In this document: one piece after another, positions 1 to 10,022 of the stretch
How the letters are laid out: every line of letters begins with the position of its first letter
Numbering within the stretch: position 1 is the stretch's first letter
Source of the DNA: SAR86 cluster bacterium AG-390-O18
Lineage (GTDB): Bacteria > Pseudomonadota > Gammaproteobacteria > Magnimaribacterales > AG-339-G14
Assembly (NCBI GenBank): GCA_003279605.1
Contig: QCHF01000002.1
Location: 213,088 to 277,087, forward strand
Length of the DNA stretch: 64,000 nt
Direction of reading: 5' to 3'
Notes under the pieces: generated by a model
Database searches by the model: none
The model's input: the letters and a program-made list of their open reading frames with translations, nothing else
What the model was told of the DNA's origin: nothing
Program-made: the position numbers and the translations under genes

Positions 1-2
1 AT

Positions 3-401
3 CCAATTAAAAAACTATTAGAGTCGGTGACGCGTTACGTTGAAAAATGTGGTGATCAAAGAAAAACTACCATGGAATATATTTTGATTAATAAAGTTAA
101 CGACTCTATAGACGACGCAAAAGAATTGGCGAAAATATTAAGAGATATCCCAAGCAAGATTAATTTGATCCCCTTTAATCCATTTCCCGGAACAGAATAC
201 AAAAGACCTTCCAACATGCGGGTAGAAACTTTCAAGAAAGTCCTTCAAAAAGAAGGTTATATCACAACTGTAAGAACCACTAGAGGTGAAGACATCATGG
301 CAGCATGTGGTCAACTGGTTGGAAAAGTAAACGATAAAACCAGACGAAAAGAGAGATCTCAAAACAAAGAGAAGCGAATTTCTACTAAGTTAATTAGTTA
401 G
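3..401 (+). CDS. rlmN: 23S rRNA/tRNA methyltransferase RlmN, C-terminal part (starts before window)
   Basis: EYILI..VND, NLIPFNPF and TRGEDIMAACGQL motifs; frame open from base 3. Confidence 0.95.
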   Translation, partial: PIKKLLESVTRYVEKCGDQRKTTMEYILINKVNDSIDDAKELAKILRDIPSKINLIPFNPFPGTEYKRPSNMRVETFKKVLQKEGYITTVRTTRGEDIMAACGQLVGKVNDKTRRKERSQNKEKRISTKLIS

Positions 402-1142
402 ATTGTCTGAAGATTCTTTTAGACGATTTTTACGAAAGATAAAAAATGCCACGGGTATGCCAATAATATAAAGAATTCCTGCAACAGATAGAAACTGCCA
501 TAAAAAATTTATCATAAGTAAAACTAAAACTATAAAACCAACAAAAAACCTTAGGAAAAACTTCCTGTTTACTGTGATGTTAAGTTCTTTTAAAGAAAAT
601 GTTGGAATCTTACTCACCATCAGTAAACCAACAAAGCTGGTATATATTGCTACAACTTCAGGATTATCAATTCCCCAATTGAAGCCAAGAAAAGAATGAA
701 TCAAAGGCAATAAAATCAGACCTGCGCCTGATGGAGTTGGTACTCCTAAAAAATATCCTTGTTTTTTAGCATCCTCAGTTGGCGGTAAGTTTAAATTGAA
801 TATAGCAAGCCTTAAACAAGCAAAAACAATAAAAGCAGTAACAGCAAGGTATCCCCAAATAGCCAATTCTTCGAGAATTCCAAAATAAACTAATATTCCA
901 GGCGCCACCCCAAAACTCAAAAAATCAGCCAAAGAGTCAAGTTCAGCTCCCAAATCTGATTGAGTTTTTAAAAGCCTGGAAAATAATCCGTCTAAGACAT
1001 CGCAAATTGCAGCAATAAGAATACATACAACTGCAGCTTTAAAATCTTCTAAAACTGCAAACCTTATTGAGCTAAGACCAAAACAAAGTCCAGTTAAAGT
1101 AATTAAGTTTGGAATAAAATTCTTGATGCTTCTTTCAGACAT
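390..1142 (-). CDS. pssA: CDP-diacylglycerol--serine O-phosphatidyltransferase (CDP-alcohol phosphotransferase type)
   Basis: IPNLIT, D.LDG..SR, GAELDSLADFLSFGVAP, RLA.FN, F.GVPTP; follows psd. Confidence 0.92.
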   Translation of the reverse strand: MSERSIKNFIPNLITLTGLCFGLSSIRFAVLEDFKAAVVCILIAAICDVLDGLFSRLLKTQSDLGAELDSLADFLSFGVAPGILVYFGILEELAIWGYLAVTAFIVFACLRLAIFNLNLPPTEDAKKQGYFLGVPTPSGAGLILLPLIHSFLGFNWGIDNPEVVAIYTSFVGLLMVSKIPTFSLKELNITVNRKFFLRFFVGFIVLVLLMINFLWQFLSVAGILYIIGIPVAFFIFRKNRLKESSDNLTN

Positions 1143-1147
1143 GACTT

Positions 1148-1936
1148 TTAACTCGCAATGATGCTCTCTCCAGCAACAACCTTTTGTCCCAGTTCTACTT
1201 TCGGGTCGTAATTTGAAGGAAGATAGACATCAACACGCGAACCAAACCTAATGAGACCAAATCTTTCGCCAATCTTCAGCGAATCAAAAAGATTTACAAA
1301 AGAAAGGATTCTTCTTGCAATGAGCCCTGCTATTTGCACCACAATAATTTCTTCATTTTTATTATTTTCTAGAACGAGAATATTGCGCTCATTGTTTTCG
1401 CTTGCTTTATCTAAGCTTGCGTTTATAAATTTTCCAGGAACATAAATTATGTCTTTGATGTTTCCTGCAACTGGAGCTCTATTTACATGGACATTGAAAA
1501 CATTCATAAAAACCGAAATTTTTAAAAATTCTTCAGAGCTTTTTACTTCTTTCGGCGGAAAAGTTTTTTCTATTTTACAGATAACGCCATCTGCAGGAGA
1601 GATAATGCCTGCTTCAGGCAGAGGAACCGCTCTTTCTGGATCTCTAAAAAACCATAAAACGAAAATCGTTAAAAAGAAGCCTAGAATTCCAAGAGGAAGA
1701 TAAAAAAAGCCCAATAAAGAAGAAAGCAAAATGAATATCAAAAAAAACTTGTAACCTTCTGGGTGAACTCGCTCAAGAGATGACCAAAAAATAACTACCC
1801 CCATACAAGAAATCAAAAGATTTTGTAAACCAGAAAAAGCAACAAATCCGGATAGCTCACCCACTAAGCTTGAGATTGCTCCAGCAGCAACAAAAAGCAG
1901 TCCAAAAAACATCAATAGTTTTCTTAAAATTCTCAT
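1148..1936 (-). CDS. psd: Phosphatidylserine decarboxylase proenzyme with N-terminal membrane extension
   Basis: FFRDPER, SPADG, FMNVFNVHVNRAP, GLIRFGSRVD cleavage motif; start placed at ATG 1936 (ORF track gives 1954). Confidence 0.92.
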   Translation of the reverse strand: MRILRKLLMFFGLLFVAAGAISSLVGELSGFVAFSGLQNLLISCMGVVIFWSSLERVHPEGYKFFLIFILLSSLLGFFYLPLGILGFFLTIFVLWFFRDPERAVPLPEAGIISPADGVICKIEKTFPPKEVKSSEEFLKISVFMNVFNVHVNRAPVAGNIKDIIYVPGKFINASLDKASENNERNILVLENNKNEEIIVVQIAGLIARRILSFVNLFDSLKIGERFGLIRFGSRVDVYLPSNYDPKVELGQKVVAGESIIAS

Positions 1937-2036
1937 TGGAGGGGAATTATACATATCTAAAATGTTTTGAATAAATTTCTCTATGTTTAGGATTCAATAA
2001 GATTACAATAGCGCTTCAAAATGCAAATTAGTTTCC

Positions 2037-3017
2037 ATGCAAAAAAAATTAATATTCCTTATCTTATTTTCCAGTCTTCTAATGTCTGATGAGAGATTTA
2101 AAAATACCAACAATATGCCAAATTTAAAAAGTTTTGGAGACTTTTTGAAATGGAGTTTTAATAGAAAAAGACCAACCCCAATAAAAATAGAATCATTGGA
2201 TGAATGGAAAAACTTTTCTGATCACAAGGAAAACTACTTAATTTGGATCGGACACTCTACTTTTTTAATTAATATAGAAGGGACGGTTGTCCTAACTGAT
2301 CCGGTTTTTTCTGATCGGGCTTCTCCAGTGAAAATAGCAGGCCCAAAAAGAATTATCCCTCCAGCCATGCAAATTGCAGACTTGCCTGAAATAGATGTGG
2401 TTACGGTAAGTCATAATCATTATGATCACTTGGATATTCCTTCATTAAAAAGACTTTCGGCAAAAAATCCAAAAACTTTGTTTCTAGTGCCAAAAGGAGA
2501 TCAAAAATTATTGAATCGAAAAGGTATTAAAAATACTAGAGAGTTTTTGTGGTGGGAAAATATTGAAATTAAAGGGGCTAAATTTACGTTCACACCTACT
2601 CAACATTGGTCGGCTAGAGGTTTAGCAGACAGAAACAAGAGCCTCTGGGGTGGGTGGTTTATGTCCTTTCCAAACTTTAAAAGCTTTCATGCAGGTGATT
2701 CAGGTTACTCCAAAGATTTCCAAGATACTCAAGCAAAACTGGGCAAGCCCGACCTTTCTTTGATTCCAATAGGAGCGTATGCGCCGAGGTGGTTTATGAA
2801 AGCAAATCATGTGAACCCTGAAGAAGCTTTGCAGGTTGCCCTTGATTTAGGATCAAAGAAAAATTATGCCATGCACTGGGGCACCTTCTCACTAACCGAT
2901 GAAGAAACTTTAGAGCCTCCTACATTACTGCAAAAAGCCTTGACAAAAAAAGGGCTTCCCAACACCTTTTTTGAAATATTAAAACCCGGACAACTAAAAA
3001 AAGTTACACTCAATTAG
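2037..3017 (+). CDS. MBL-fold metallohydrolase, NAPE-PLD/RomA-like, probable signal peptide
   Basis: WIGHST, TDPVFS.RASP, SHNHYDHLD, QHWS.R, AGDSGY, PIGAY.PRWFM, HWGTF. Confidence 0.85.
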   Translation: MQKKLIFLILFSSLLMSDERFKNTNNMPNLKSFGDFLKWSFNRKRPTPIKIESLDEWKNFSDHKENYLIWIGHSTFLINIEGTVVLTDPVFSDRASPVKIAGPKRIIPPAMQIADLPEIDVVTVSHNHYDHLDIPSLKRLSAKNPKTLFLVPKGDQKLLNRKGIKNTREFLWWENIEIKGAKFTFTPTQHWSARGLADRNKSLWGGWFMSFPNFKSFHAGDSGYSKDFQDTQAKLGKPDLSLIPIGAYAPRWFMKANHVNPEEALQVALDLGSKKNYAMHWGTFSLTDEETLEPPTLLQKALTKKGLPNTFFEILKPGQLKKVTLN

Positions 3018-3027
3018 GAGATGAAAT

Positions 3028-3141
3028 ATGGATTGTGGCTGTGGAAGAAGTCCAACGGGTAAGTGTATCGGTTGGCATAAACTTTCAGAAGAAGAATACG
3101 CAGAAGCTTTGAAAAAATATAAAGCTAAAGAAGCCGATTAG
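3028..3141 (+). CDS. 37-aa Cys/His microprotein MDCGCGRSPTGKCIGWHKLSEEEYAEALKKYKAKEAD (CDGSH-like)
   Basis: Hand-translated; AGGAGA RBS at 3016-3021; fills the gap between neighbours; below the ORF-track cutoff. Confidence 0.8.
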   Translation: MDCGCGRSPTGKCIGWHKLSEEEYAEALKKYKAKEAD

Positions 3142-3425
3142 GCTTTTTGTTCTTCATCTAATAATCTACGCTTGGTAGCTGTGCCTCCTAGCGCACTATA
3201 TCCCCCTAATTTACCATCTGACCTAATTACCCTGTGGCAAGGTATTTTTATTGGATAAGGGTTTTTCCCACATGCATTTGCGACTGCTCTTACTGCCAAG
3301 GGGTGGCCAATGGCTATCGCAATCTCTTTGTAAGTTCTAGTTTCTCCTTTTGGAATTTTAGAAAGTTCTAGCCATACCTTTTTTTGAAAAACCGTTCCAA
3401 AGCTCAAAGAAAGGAGTTTTGTCAT
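3138..3425 (-). CDS. Stand-alone O6-methylguanine-DNA methyltransferase (MGMT) domain
   Basis: FQKKVW..L..IP.GET.TY..IA, AVRAVANACGKNP, IPCHRV active site. Confidence 0.9.
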   Translation of the reverse strand: MTKLLSLSFGTVFQKKVWLELSKIPKGETRTYKEIAIAIGHPLAVRAVANACGKNPYPIKIPCHRVIRSDGKLGGYSALGGTATKRRLLDEEQKA

Positions 3426-3685
3426 CCAGACTTGTCTAGTTTTTCAATGATTTCTATGACTTCATGAGTCCAATTTCCAATGATGGGAATAAACTCAAAT
3501 TGAGCAAGTATTTGTATAAAGATAGTTACGAGCACTGTGGCACCAACAACAGAGCCAAGACCGATCGCCAAACCTCTCAACAGATTGTAATACATGAACT
3601 TCCATGCAGATTCGTGAATTTTCATGAAATTATGATCTTTCAACTCTTCCAAAGCGTCGGCAAGTCTTTTTTGATCTTCTTCCAT
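3422..3685 (-). CDS. Small membrane protein, DUF5665-like
   Basis: N.LRGLA.GLGSVVGAT hydrophobic segment, IPIIG.W; overlaps next start. Confidence 0.65.
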   Translation of the reverse strand: MEEDQKRLADALEELKDHNFMKIHESAWKFMYYNLLRGLAIGLGSVVGATVLVTIFIQILAQFEFIPIIGNWTHEVIEIIEKLDKSG

Positions 3686-3757
3686 TTTTCCCCCTAAAGT
3701 GAGCAGCTTGAATCCTTAAGAGGTAAGATTATAGAGTATTAATAAGTAAAAATTAGA

Positions 3758-4360
3758 TTGAAGATGAAAAAAATTGAGTATTACCTAGATTGTAGTAGTC
3801 CTTGGACCTATCTTTCTTTTAGGGGAATTTTAGAGCTTAGAAAGAACAGAGAATTTGAAATTATTTGGAAGCCCATATTAGTTGGCGGAATTTTCAATTC
3901 AACAAATCCTAGCGTCTATGAAAGTAGAAAAAATCCAGTTAAAGAAAAATTGGAATATTCTCAAAAGGATATGGACGATTGGGCAAAACAAAGGAACATA
4001 GAATTTAACTGGCCGAAAATCTTTCCTATCAACAGCGTAAAGTCTATGCGCGGTGTTTTTTACTTTATTGACAAAAACAAAGATGTAGAAGAATACCTGG
4101 AAAAAGTTTTTAAAGCTTATTGGACAGAAGGCAAAGATATTTCAAGTGAAGATTGTTTGAATGAGATTATCACTTCTCTGTCAGTTAAAGCTGATGATTT
4201 TCTAGAATTTATCGCATTACCAGAAACTAAGGAGAGGCTTATACAGAATACTCAAGAGTTGATGGATCGCAAAGGTTTTGGTTCACCAACTTTCTTTTTG
4301 GATAAAGAAGATATGTACTTTGGGAACGATAGAATTCAGCTTATTGAAAAAAAATTATAA
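3758..4360 (+). CDS. 2-hydroxychromene-2-carboxylate isomerase / GST-kappa (DsbA fold)
   Basis: YYLDCSSPWTYL, WKPILVGGIF, FGSPTF, YFGNDR. Confidence 0.88.
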   Translation: MKMKKIEYYLDCSSPWTYLSFRGILELRKNREFEIIWKPILVGGIFNSTNPSVYESRKNPVKEKLEYSQKDMDDWAKQRNIEFNWPKIFPINSVKSMRGVFYFIDKNKDVEEYLEKVFKAYWTEGKDISSEDCLNEIITSLSVKADDFLEFIALPETKERLIQNTQELMDRKGFGSPTFFLDKEDMYFGNDRIQLIEKKL

Positions 4361-4363
4361 GTA

Positions 4364-5099
4364 CTATTCTTTTTCTTTTTTCTTTGCCATTTCTGCAATG
4401 CTTTTGGCATCTTGTTTAAACATGGTTTTTAAGCTTTCTTTGGAAATGCCTTCGCCAAAATTTCTTGCAGCCTTGCCCACATCAATTCCTTTTCGAACAG
4501 CAGGCCTGGATTTTATTGCATCAAACCATCTGCGGACATTCGAGAATAGATCTAAATCTACTTCATATCTCTTATAAGCAGTTACCCAAGGAAAAGATGC
4601 CATATCTGCAATGGAGTAATCTCCTGCTAGGAATTCACGTTCATTAAGAATTCTGTCCATGACGCCAAGCAATCTATCATATTCATTTTTGTATCGTTCT
4701 TCTGAATAAGAATGATCTCCTGGAAAATTTGGTGCGTAGTTAACGAAATGACTTACTTGGCCGGTCATAGGCCCTAAACCACCAACTTGCCAAAACAGCC
4801 ACTCCAAAACTTTTTCTCTTTCTGGAGATTTCTGGGGGGAAAAATTTTCCAGCTTTTTCTCCTAGATACATCAATATTGCTCCAGATTCAAAAATACTAA
4901 TTGGCTCTCCATCAATAATGTTTTCGTGATCTACAATCACAGGCATTCTGTTGTTGGGGCTAATTTTCAAAAATTCCGGTGTAAATTGATCGCCTTTGCC
5001 AAGATTTACTGGTATGACCTGATAATCCATTTCACATTCTTCAAGCATAATGGATATTTTCCAGCCATTTGGGGTAGGAGCGTAATACAAATCAATCAT
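4364..5099 (-). pseudogene. YfcG/YghU-type glutathione S-transferase split by a +1 frameshift (or sequencing error)
   Basis: TPNGWKI..SPNNRMP..FESGAIL in one frame and EWLFWQVGGLGPM..YSIADMA in another; deleting one G of G6 at 4834-4839 gives FFPQKSPEREKVLEWLFW. Confidence 0.85.
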
Positions 5100-5116
5100 G
5101 CGTCTATAAGATAAAT

Positions 5117-5942
5117 CTAAGGTTTTTTAAATAACAAAGTCATGCGATCGCTTTCTCCAATAGCTAAATATTTGCCTTTATTTTTCTCTTTTAATCTAAA
5201 GGATGGGGGGAAGAGTCCACACCCCTTTTTCATAATTTTTTGAATCTTTAGGATTTGAATTAATTTCGGACTTTGAAATTAAAACGAAGCCATGTTTTTT
5301 TGCAATCTCAATGGCATGTTCTTCAGTCACATACCCACTTTTTTTCATCTTTTCAATTGAAGTTCCTTCTTCGGCTCTGTGCTCTACTACACCAAAAATT
5401 CCACCCGGTTTAAGAACCTTAAAGCTATTGGCAAAAATAGAATCCATGGTCGGACCTAGCCAATTGTGTAAATTTCTAAAAGTTAGAACAGCATCTACTG
5501 ATTGGGGTGTGGAAAGCTTTGAGTTTAAATTAACGATCTTCACATTTTCGTAAACTGAAATTGAATTCATTTTCTTTTCAAATTTTTTTCTACTTTTTTT
5601 GAGATAATTATTATTAGAATTCTCATCAAAATGGGCCGCTATGAGCTCTCCTGAGTTATTTAGATAATTTGCTAGAATTTCTGTATACCAACCTCCTCCA
5701 GGAGAAAGTTCAACAACTTTCATTGAGGGTTCTATTCCAAAAAAAGTTAAAGTTTCATAAGGATTGCGATATTCATCTCTTAAAATATTATTTGGATCAC
5801 GATATTCGCTAGTAATAGCCTTCTTTAAGCTATCCGATGATATAAAGGGACCAAAGGCAAGCAGAAAAACGAAAAAAAAATTTCTGATATTAAATTTTTT
5901 AAAAGTTAATTTTTTAATTGGCTTTACTATCGTGACAGTCAC
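5117..5942 (-). pseudogene. Class I SAM-dependent methyltransferase, frameshifted near the C-terminus (or sequencing error)
   Basis: RD.YR.P.ETL.FFG, ELSPGGGWYT, TFRNLHNW, VWTLPP; deleting one G of G6 at 5205-5210 restores SFRLKEKNKGKYLAIGESDRMTLLFKKP* ending at 5117; start uncertain. Confidence 0.8.
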
Positions 5943-6318
5943 AATCTAATTCTTTACAAATCTGGTGATTTTTATAGTGGGCATAAATAACAAATAAAGA
6001 GCCTAAAACCGTAAGAGACTTTTCTCCAATTTCGCCAAAAATACTTGTTGTTAGTACCGCAAGCACCAGAACAGTTAGTCCAAAAATACCAAAGAGAAAA
6101 TAAGACAACTTGTTATGATTTAGATAACCCTTCATTAAAGCATAAGCGCTAACCGGAACAGCGGCAAATAAAATTGAGTAATGAACAAATTCATTATTTA
6201 CAGAAAAAGCAACAAACCAAGAAGACAAAATCAGAAAAGAAGGCATGAATAAGCAATGCAATACACAAATTGTCGACAATGATATTGCTATTTTGTCTGT
6301 AAAAAGTTGCATGTTCAT
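5914..6318 (-). CDS. MerC-family membrane protein with Cys/His-rich tail
   Basis: DKIAISLSTICVLHCL, E.VH, AH..N..C, tail CKELDCDCHD; GGAG RBS before ATG 6318. Confidence 0.8.
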   Translation of the reverse strand: MNMQLFTDKIAISLSTICVLHCLFMPSFLILSSWFVAFSVNNEFVHYSILFAAVPVSAYALMKGYLNHNKLSYFLFGIFGLTVLVLAVLTTSIFGEIGEKSLTVLGSLFVIYAHYKNHQICKELDCDCHDSKAN

Positions 6319-6370
6319 AAACTCTCTCCGGAGATGCAGTCTAATTAAAAAATACTTTAGATACAATATT

Positions 6371-6736
6371 TTATATTCCTAATAAGGCAAAAATAGCAGT
6401 TCCTCCCATTAGATATGCCCCAGGCATTTTGAGTAAAATTTTGTGCTTGCTTAGACCCAAAATAATAAAAAGAGAAGCTCCAAAAAGATTTGTTGCAATA
6501 ATAGGATATAAAGCAATATATAGATATCGGTCAAAAGCTACATAAATTAATGTCATTGAACTGATAATTAAAAATATAGTGAACACATGCCAAGAAACTA
6601 AACTTAGTGATTTGGAAAGATCTGGTAAATCGCTGGAGTTAACGTTACCAATGTACTTTATATGTCCAATAATACCGTGAAATAAACCTCCCGCTAGCGC
6701 TAATAAAGCGCCAAAAATCAAAAACCAAAATTCCAA
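6371..6736 (-). CDS. Hypothetical 4-TM membrane protein
   Basis: Hydrophobic ORF with FHG..G and SWH motifs; probable TTG start just after cupin stop. Confidence 0.65.
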   Translation of the reverse strand: MEFWFLIFGALLALAGGLFHGIIGHIKYIGNVNSSDLPDLSKSLSLVSWHVFTIFLIISSMTLIYVAFDRYLYIALYPIIATNLFGASLFIILGLSKHKILLKMPGAYLMGGTAIFALLGI

Positions 6737-6740
6737 TTTA

Positions 6741-7262
6741 TTACAGTAAATTGCTATCAATCAAAACAGCTATCAACAAAGCTGGCTCTGTGCCATTGTT
6801 GACCCAGGCGTGATTGGTACCTCTTTGCACAACAACATCATGGGGTTTTAACCTAACTTCTTCTTCATCAAGAATCAAAGTAACATCGCCCTTCAAAAGG
6901 ATGATGTAATCAATAGTATTGGTCTCATGCATTGCAGCATTTCTAGAAGTATCAACTCTGTGATGAGCAGCGCCCATTTTTTCAAAAGCCTCGGCTGTGG
7001 CAGCTTCAATAGCTTCTTGCGGTATTCCTTTTGGAATGGGATTTATCTGGAAATATCTAAACTTAGTACCCCCTTTAACAGGAGAAAGGAGGATATCTAT
7101 GTCGGCTCGATCTGTTTTTGATTTGGTGTCGAAGCCGCTTCCGTCTGTGTTCCAAATCTCAAACAAGCCTCCTGCTTCCTCACCGATTGATCTTGCCGGC
7201 GGGCCATCTATAGAAATCACAGACTTTCCTTCTTCGTTGTGGCCAGTGATAATTCTTCTCAT
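6741..7262 (-). CDS. Cupin-domain protein
   Basis: RRIITGHN..GKS, MHETNTIDY, VVQRGTNHAW. Confidence 0.88.
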   Translation of the reverse strand: MRRIITGHNEEGKSVISIDGPPARSIGEEAGGLFEIWNTDGSGFDTKSKTDRADIDILLSPVKGGTKFRYFQINPIPKGIPQEAIEAATAEAFEKMGAAHHRVDTSRNAAMHETNTIDYIILLKGDVTLILDEEEVRLKPHDVVVQRGTNHAWVNNGTEPALLIAVLIDSNLL

Positions 7263-7265
7263 TTT

Positions 7266-8897
7266 TTAAGAAGCAGAAGCTTGGTTAATTAAATCAGCAG
7301 CTTTTTCAGCAATCATAATCGATGGTGCATTGGTATTACCTCCAATAAGAGTAGGCATAATCGATGCATCAATAACTCTAAGGTTTTCCACGCCTTTGAC
7401 TTTAAGATGATCATCGACAACAGCCATGTCATCATCACCCATCTTGCACGTTCCTACAGGATGATACAAAGTCTCGCCAGTATTTCGAACCCATTCATCA
7501 ACTTCATCGTCATTGTCTATATTCAAATCTGGGTCCGGCTTAGATTGTTCGCCACGATATTCATCAAATGCAGGCTGCAAAAATACCCTTCTTGATTCCC
7601 TAAAAGCATTTCTTGTATCAATAACATCTTGCTCTTCGGAAAGATAATTAGGATACATTAAAGGCGCTTCACTTGGATCAGCATTTTTGAGCTCCAAATG
7701 TCCTCTGCTTTGCGGTCTTAAAATACAAATTACCGCACTAAACCCATGATTTTCATCAATGCCTTCCCTACCGTGAAGATCAGGTGAATGGAAAGAGGCA
7801 TAATGAATTTGCGTATCAGGTATATCCTTTTCTGGACTTGACTTAATAAAGGCCCCAGCGCTTGTTGGCGGGAAGGCGGCGTCTCCAGTTCCAAGGAATA
7901 AATATTGCAGGCCCGATAGCTGAGTTCTTATAAAGCTAGCTGATCTATGAAGTGTGACAGGCTTTGTGCAATTAAATGAATTTACGACAGCATAGTGATC
8001 TTGTAAGTTTTTTCCAACACCTTTTAGTTCATGAACCATCGTTATACCGTGTTTTGATAAATCTAAAGAATCTCCAATACCGCTGTTCATCAAAATTTGA
8101 GGGGAGTTTATTGCACCAGCGGATAGAATGACTTCCTTATTCGCTTTTGCTGATAAAGTTTTGCCTTTATGGAGGTACTCTACTCCAATGGCCTTTTTGC
8201 CTTCAAACAAAACTTTATTCACTTGAACATTCGTTTCAGCAGTTAAATTTTGTCTTTTCAAAGCAGGATGCAAATACGCTCTCGCAGAGCTCCATCTTCT
8301 AGGGCCCCATTTAGTGTCACTCATAGTATGTTCATATCTAGAAAATCCTTCTTGATTCTCTCCATTAAAATCATTCGTTAAAGGAAAACCTGCCTGTTGT
8401 CCCGCTTCAACAAAAACGTCTAATAATTCGTCATCAGTCCTTTCAGATTTTTTTACATTCAGGGGTCCATTGAATCCATGGAAGTCTTTATCTCCATCTC
8501 CATTAAAAGATTCTGCTTTTTTGAAATATGGAAGAACATCATCATAAGACCAGCCGCTGTTACCCATTTGTCTCCATAAGTCATAGTCGTGTGAATGTCC
8601 TCTGATATAGACCATTGCGTTTATTGAAGACGAGCCACCCCAGCCTCTTCCTCTTGGCCAATAAAGCTGTCTATTGTTGGTTGTTGGTTCTGGTTCTGTT
8701 TCAAAGCCATAGTTCAAATTGCTTTTAGTTGGAACAATCTGAGAATAACCTGAAGGCATGTGAATAAAGAGATTTCTGTCTTTTCCACCAGCCTCTAAAA
8801 TCAATACTGAATTCTTACCATTTTCTGATAGCCTGTTGGCCATCACACATCCAGAGCTTCCGGCTCCAACAATTACATAATCAAAAGTCTTTTCCAT
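7266..8897 (-). CDS. GMC oxidoreductase (choline/alcohol dehydrogenase family)
   Basis: GAGSSG FAD motif, [33 protein letters not shown]. Confidence 0.92.
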   Translation of the reverse strand: MEKTFDYVIVGAGSSGCVMANRLSENGKNSVLILEAGGKDRNLFIHMPSGYSQIVPTKSNLNYGFETEPEPTTNNRQLYWPRGRGWGGSSSINAMVYIRGHSHDYDLWRQMGNSGWSYDDVLPYFKKAESFNGDGDKDFHGFNGPLNVKKSERTDDELLDVFVEAGQQAGFPLTNDFNGENQEGFSRYEHTMSDTKWGPRRWSSARAYLHPALKRQNLTAETNVQVNKVLFEGKKAIGVEYLHKGKTLSAKANKEVILSAGAINSPQILMNSGIGDSLDLSKHGITMVHELKGVGKNLQDHYAVVNSFNCTKPVTLHRSASFIRTQLSGLQYLFLGTGDAAFPPTSAGAFIKSSPEKDIPDTQIHYASFHSPDLHGREGIDENHGFSAVICILRPQSRGHLELKNADPSEAPLMYPNYLSEEQDVIDTRNAFRESRRVFLQPAFDEYRGEQSKPDPDLNIDNDDEVDEWVRNTGETLYHPVGTCKMGDDDMAVVDDHLKVKGVENLRVIDASIMPTLIGGNTNAPSIMIAEKAADLINQASAS

Positions 8898-8963
8898 AGT
8901 TTTTCTCCTCTAAAGAGATTATCAATAGGAAAAAGTATGTGCAATAAATTAATTCAGAACTTT

Positions 8964-9611
8964 TTATATGAAGTCTTTGTAATCAAAGTAATTGATACCT
9001 GCTTTTGCTTGCAGTGAATTTTTAACAACTGCCACAGAGAGTTTTTCTGCAGAAATGCTTCTAAATTTTCTTAAAGGACCAAATAAAAAAGGATCAAAGA
9101 TTATAGATATTGTGTCAGCCAAAACTATGTCAAACCTGACCTTATTTCCCGTGAGATGGCCCGGCTGAAAAATATTGGTACTTTCAAAACCAAGTTTGAT
9201 TATTTCCTCTTCAAGCATGCCCTTGGTTTTAAGATAATAATTCCAGGAATTTGAATCAGCTGCTACTGCCGAAATAAGAGAAATATTTTTCGCTCCTGCT
9301 TCTTTAGCTTTTTTGGCTATTTCTAGCTGATAAGTAAAATCTACCAAAAAAAAGTCTTTTTTCAGACTCGCACTCATTAGGCCCATAACGTTGTGGTAAA
9401 TCAGAGGATATCCCAAAGAAAGATAAACATGATCAGTGTCTGGAAGGCTCAGTTGGTCGAGATTTTCAAAATCAATTAATATCTCTTGAGAGTCGTATGG
9501 GAGGTTAGGTATAGGCTTTCTACCCAACGCTAAAGTTGGGCTTTTGTTAAGGCCTAACTCTTTGAGAATGTTGTTTCCAAGAAATCCTGTTGAGCCTGCA
9601 AGTAAATTCAT
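8964..9611 (-). CDS. NAD(P)-binding Rossmann protein (YraR/TIP30-like)
   Basis: AGSTGFLG, VDF, Y.KTKG.LE. Confidence 0.75.
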   Translation of the reverse strand: MNLLAGSTGFLGNNILKELGLNKSPTLALGRKPIPNLPYDSQEILIDFENLDQLSLPDTDHVYLSLGYPLIYHNVMGLMSASLKKDFFLVDFTYQLEIAKKAKEAGAKNISLISAVAADSNSWNYYLKTKGMLEEEIIKLGFESTNIFQPGHLTGNKVRFDIVLADTISIIFDPFLFGPLRKFRSISAEKLSVAVVKNSLQAKAGINYFDYKDFI

Positions 9612-9618
9612 TTTTTTA

Positions 9619-10017
9619 CTATGAAAAAATTATTCCTAAAGCTGGAATAACCAAACCGAGAAAGCCAACAAAAGTTAATGACATTCCGCCGATTCTTAAA
9701 TATCCATTTTTCTTCATAAATGAAAATGCTATGCCATGCATTAGCCTTCCCAAAGTAAAAATAATTCCACATACATAAAGTGATGTTTTTGATGCATCGC
9801 TTAATTCGAGTGCCATCATTAAAATCAAAAACAAAGGCGCGTATTCAATCAAATTACCATGGCCTCGAATAGCTCTTTCTAAATCTTTTGGATCTATTTG
9901 CCTGTCGGACTTATGAAACGACTTTGTAACTGGGCTGCCTCTTAAGTCCAGAACCCTTACCGCAAGAATTATCATAAAAAGCGATAGAAATACTGTGAAA
10001 GTGATTGTTACTTCCAT
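9619..10017 (-). CDS. MAPEG-family membrane protein
   Basis: RAIRGHGNLIEYAP, GRLMH. Confidence 0.85.
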   Translation of the reverse strand: MEVTITFTVFLSLFMIILAVRVLDLRGSPVTKSFHKSDRQIDPKDLERAIRGHGNLIEYAPLFLILMMALELSDASKTSLYVCGIIFTLGRLMHGIAFSFMKKNGYLRIGGMSLTFVGFLGLVIPALGIIFS

Positions 10018-10022
10018 TGGGA

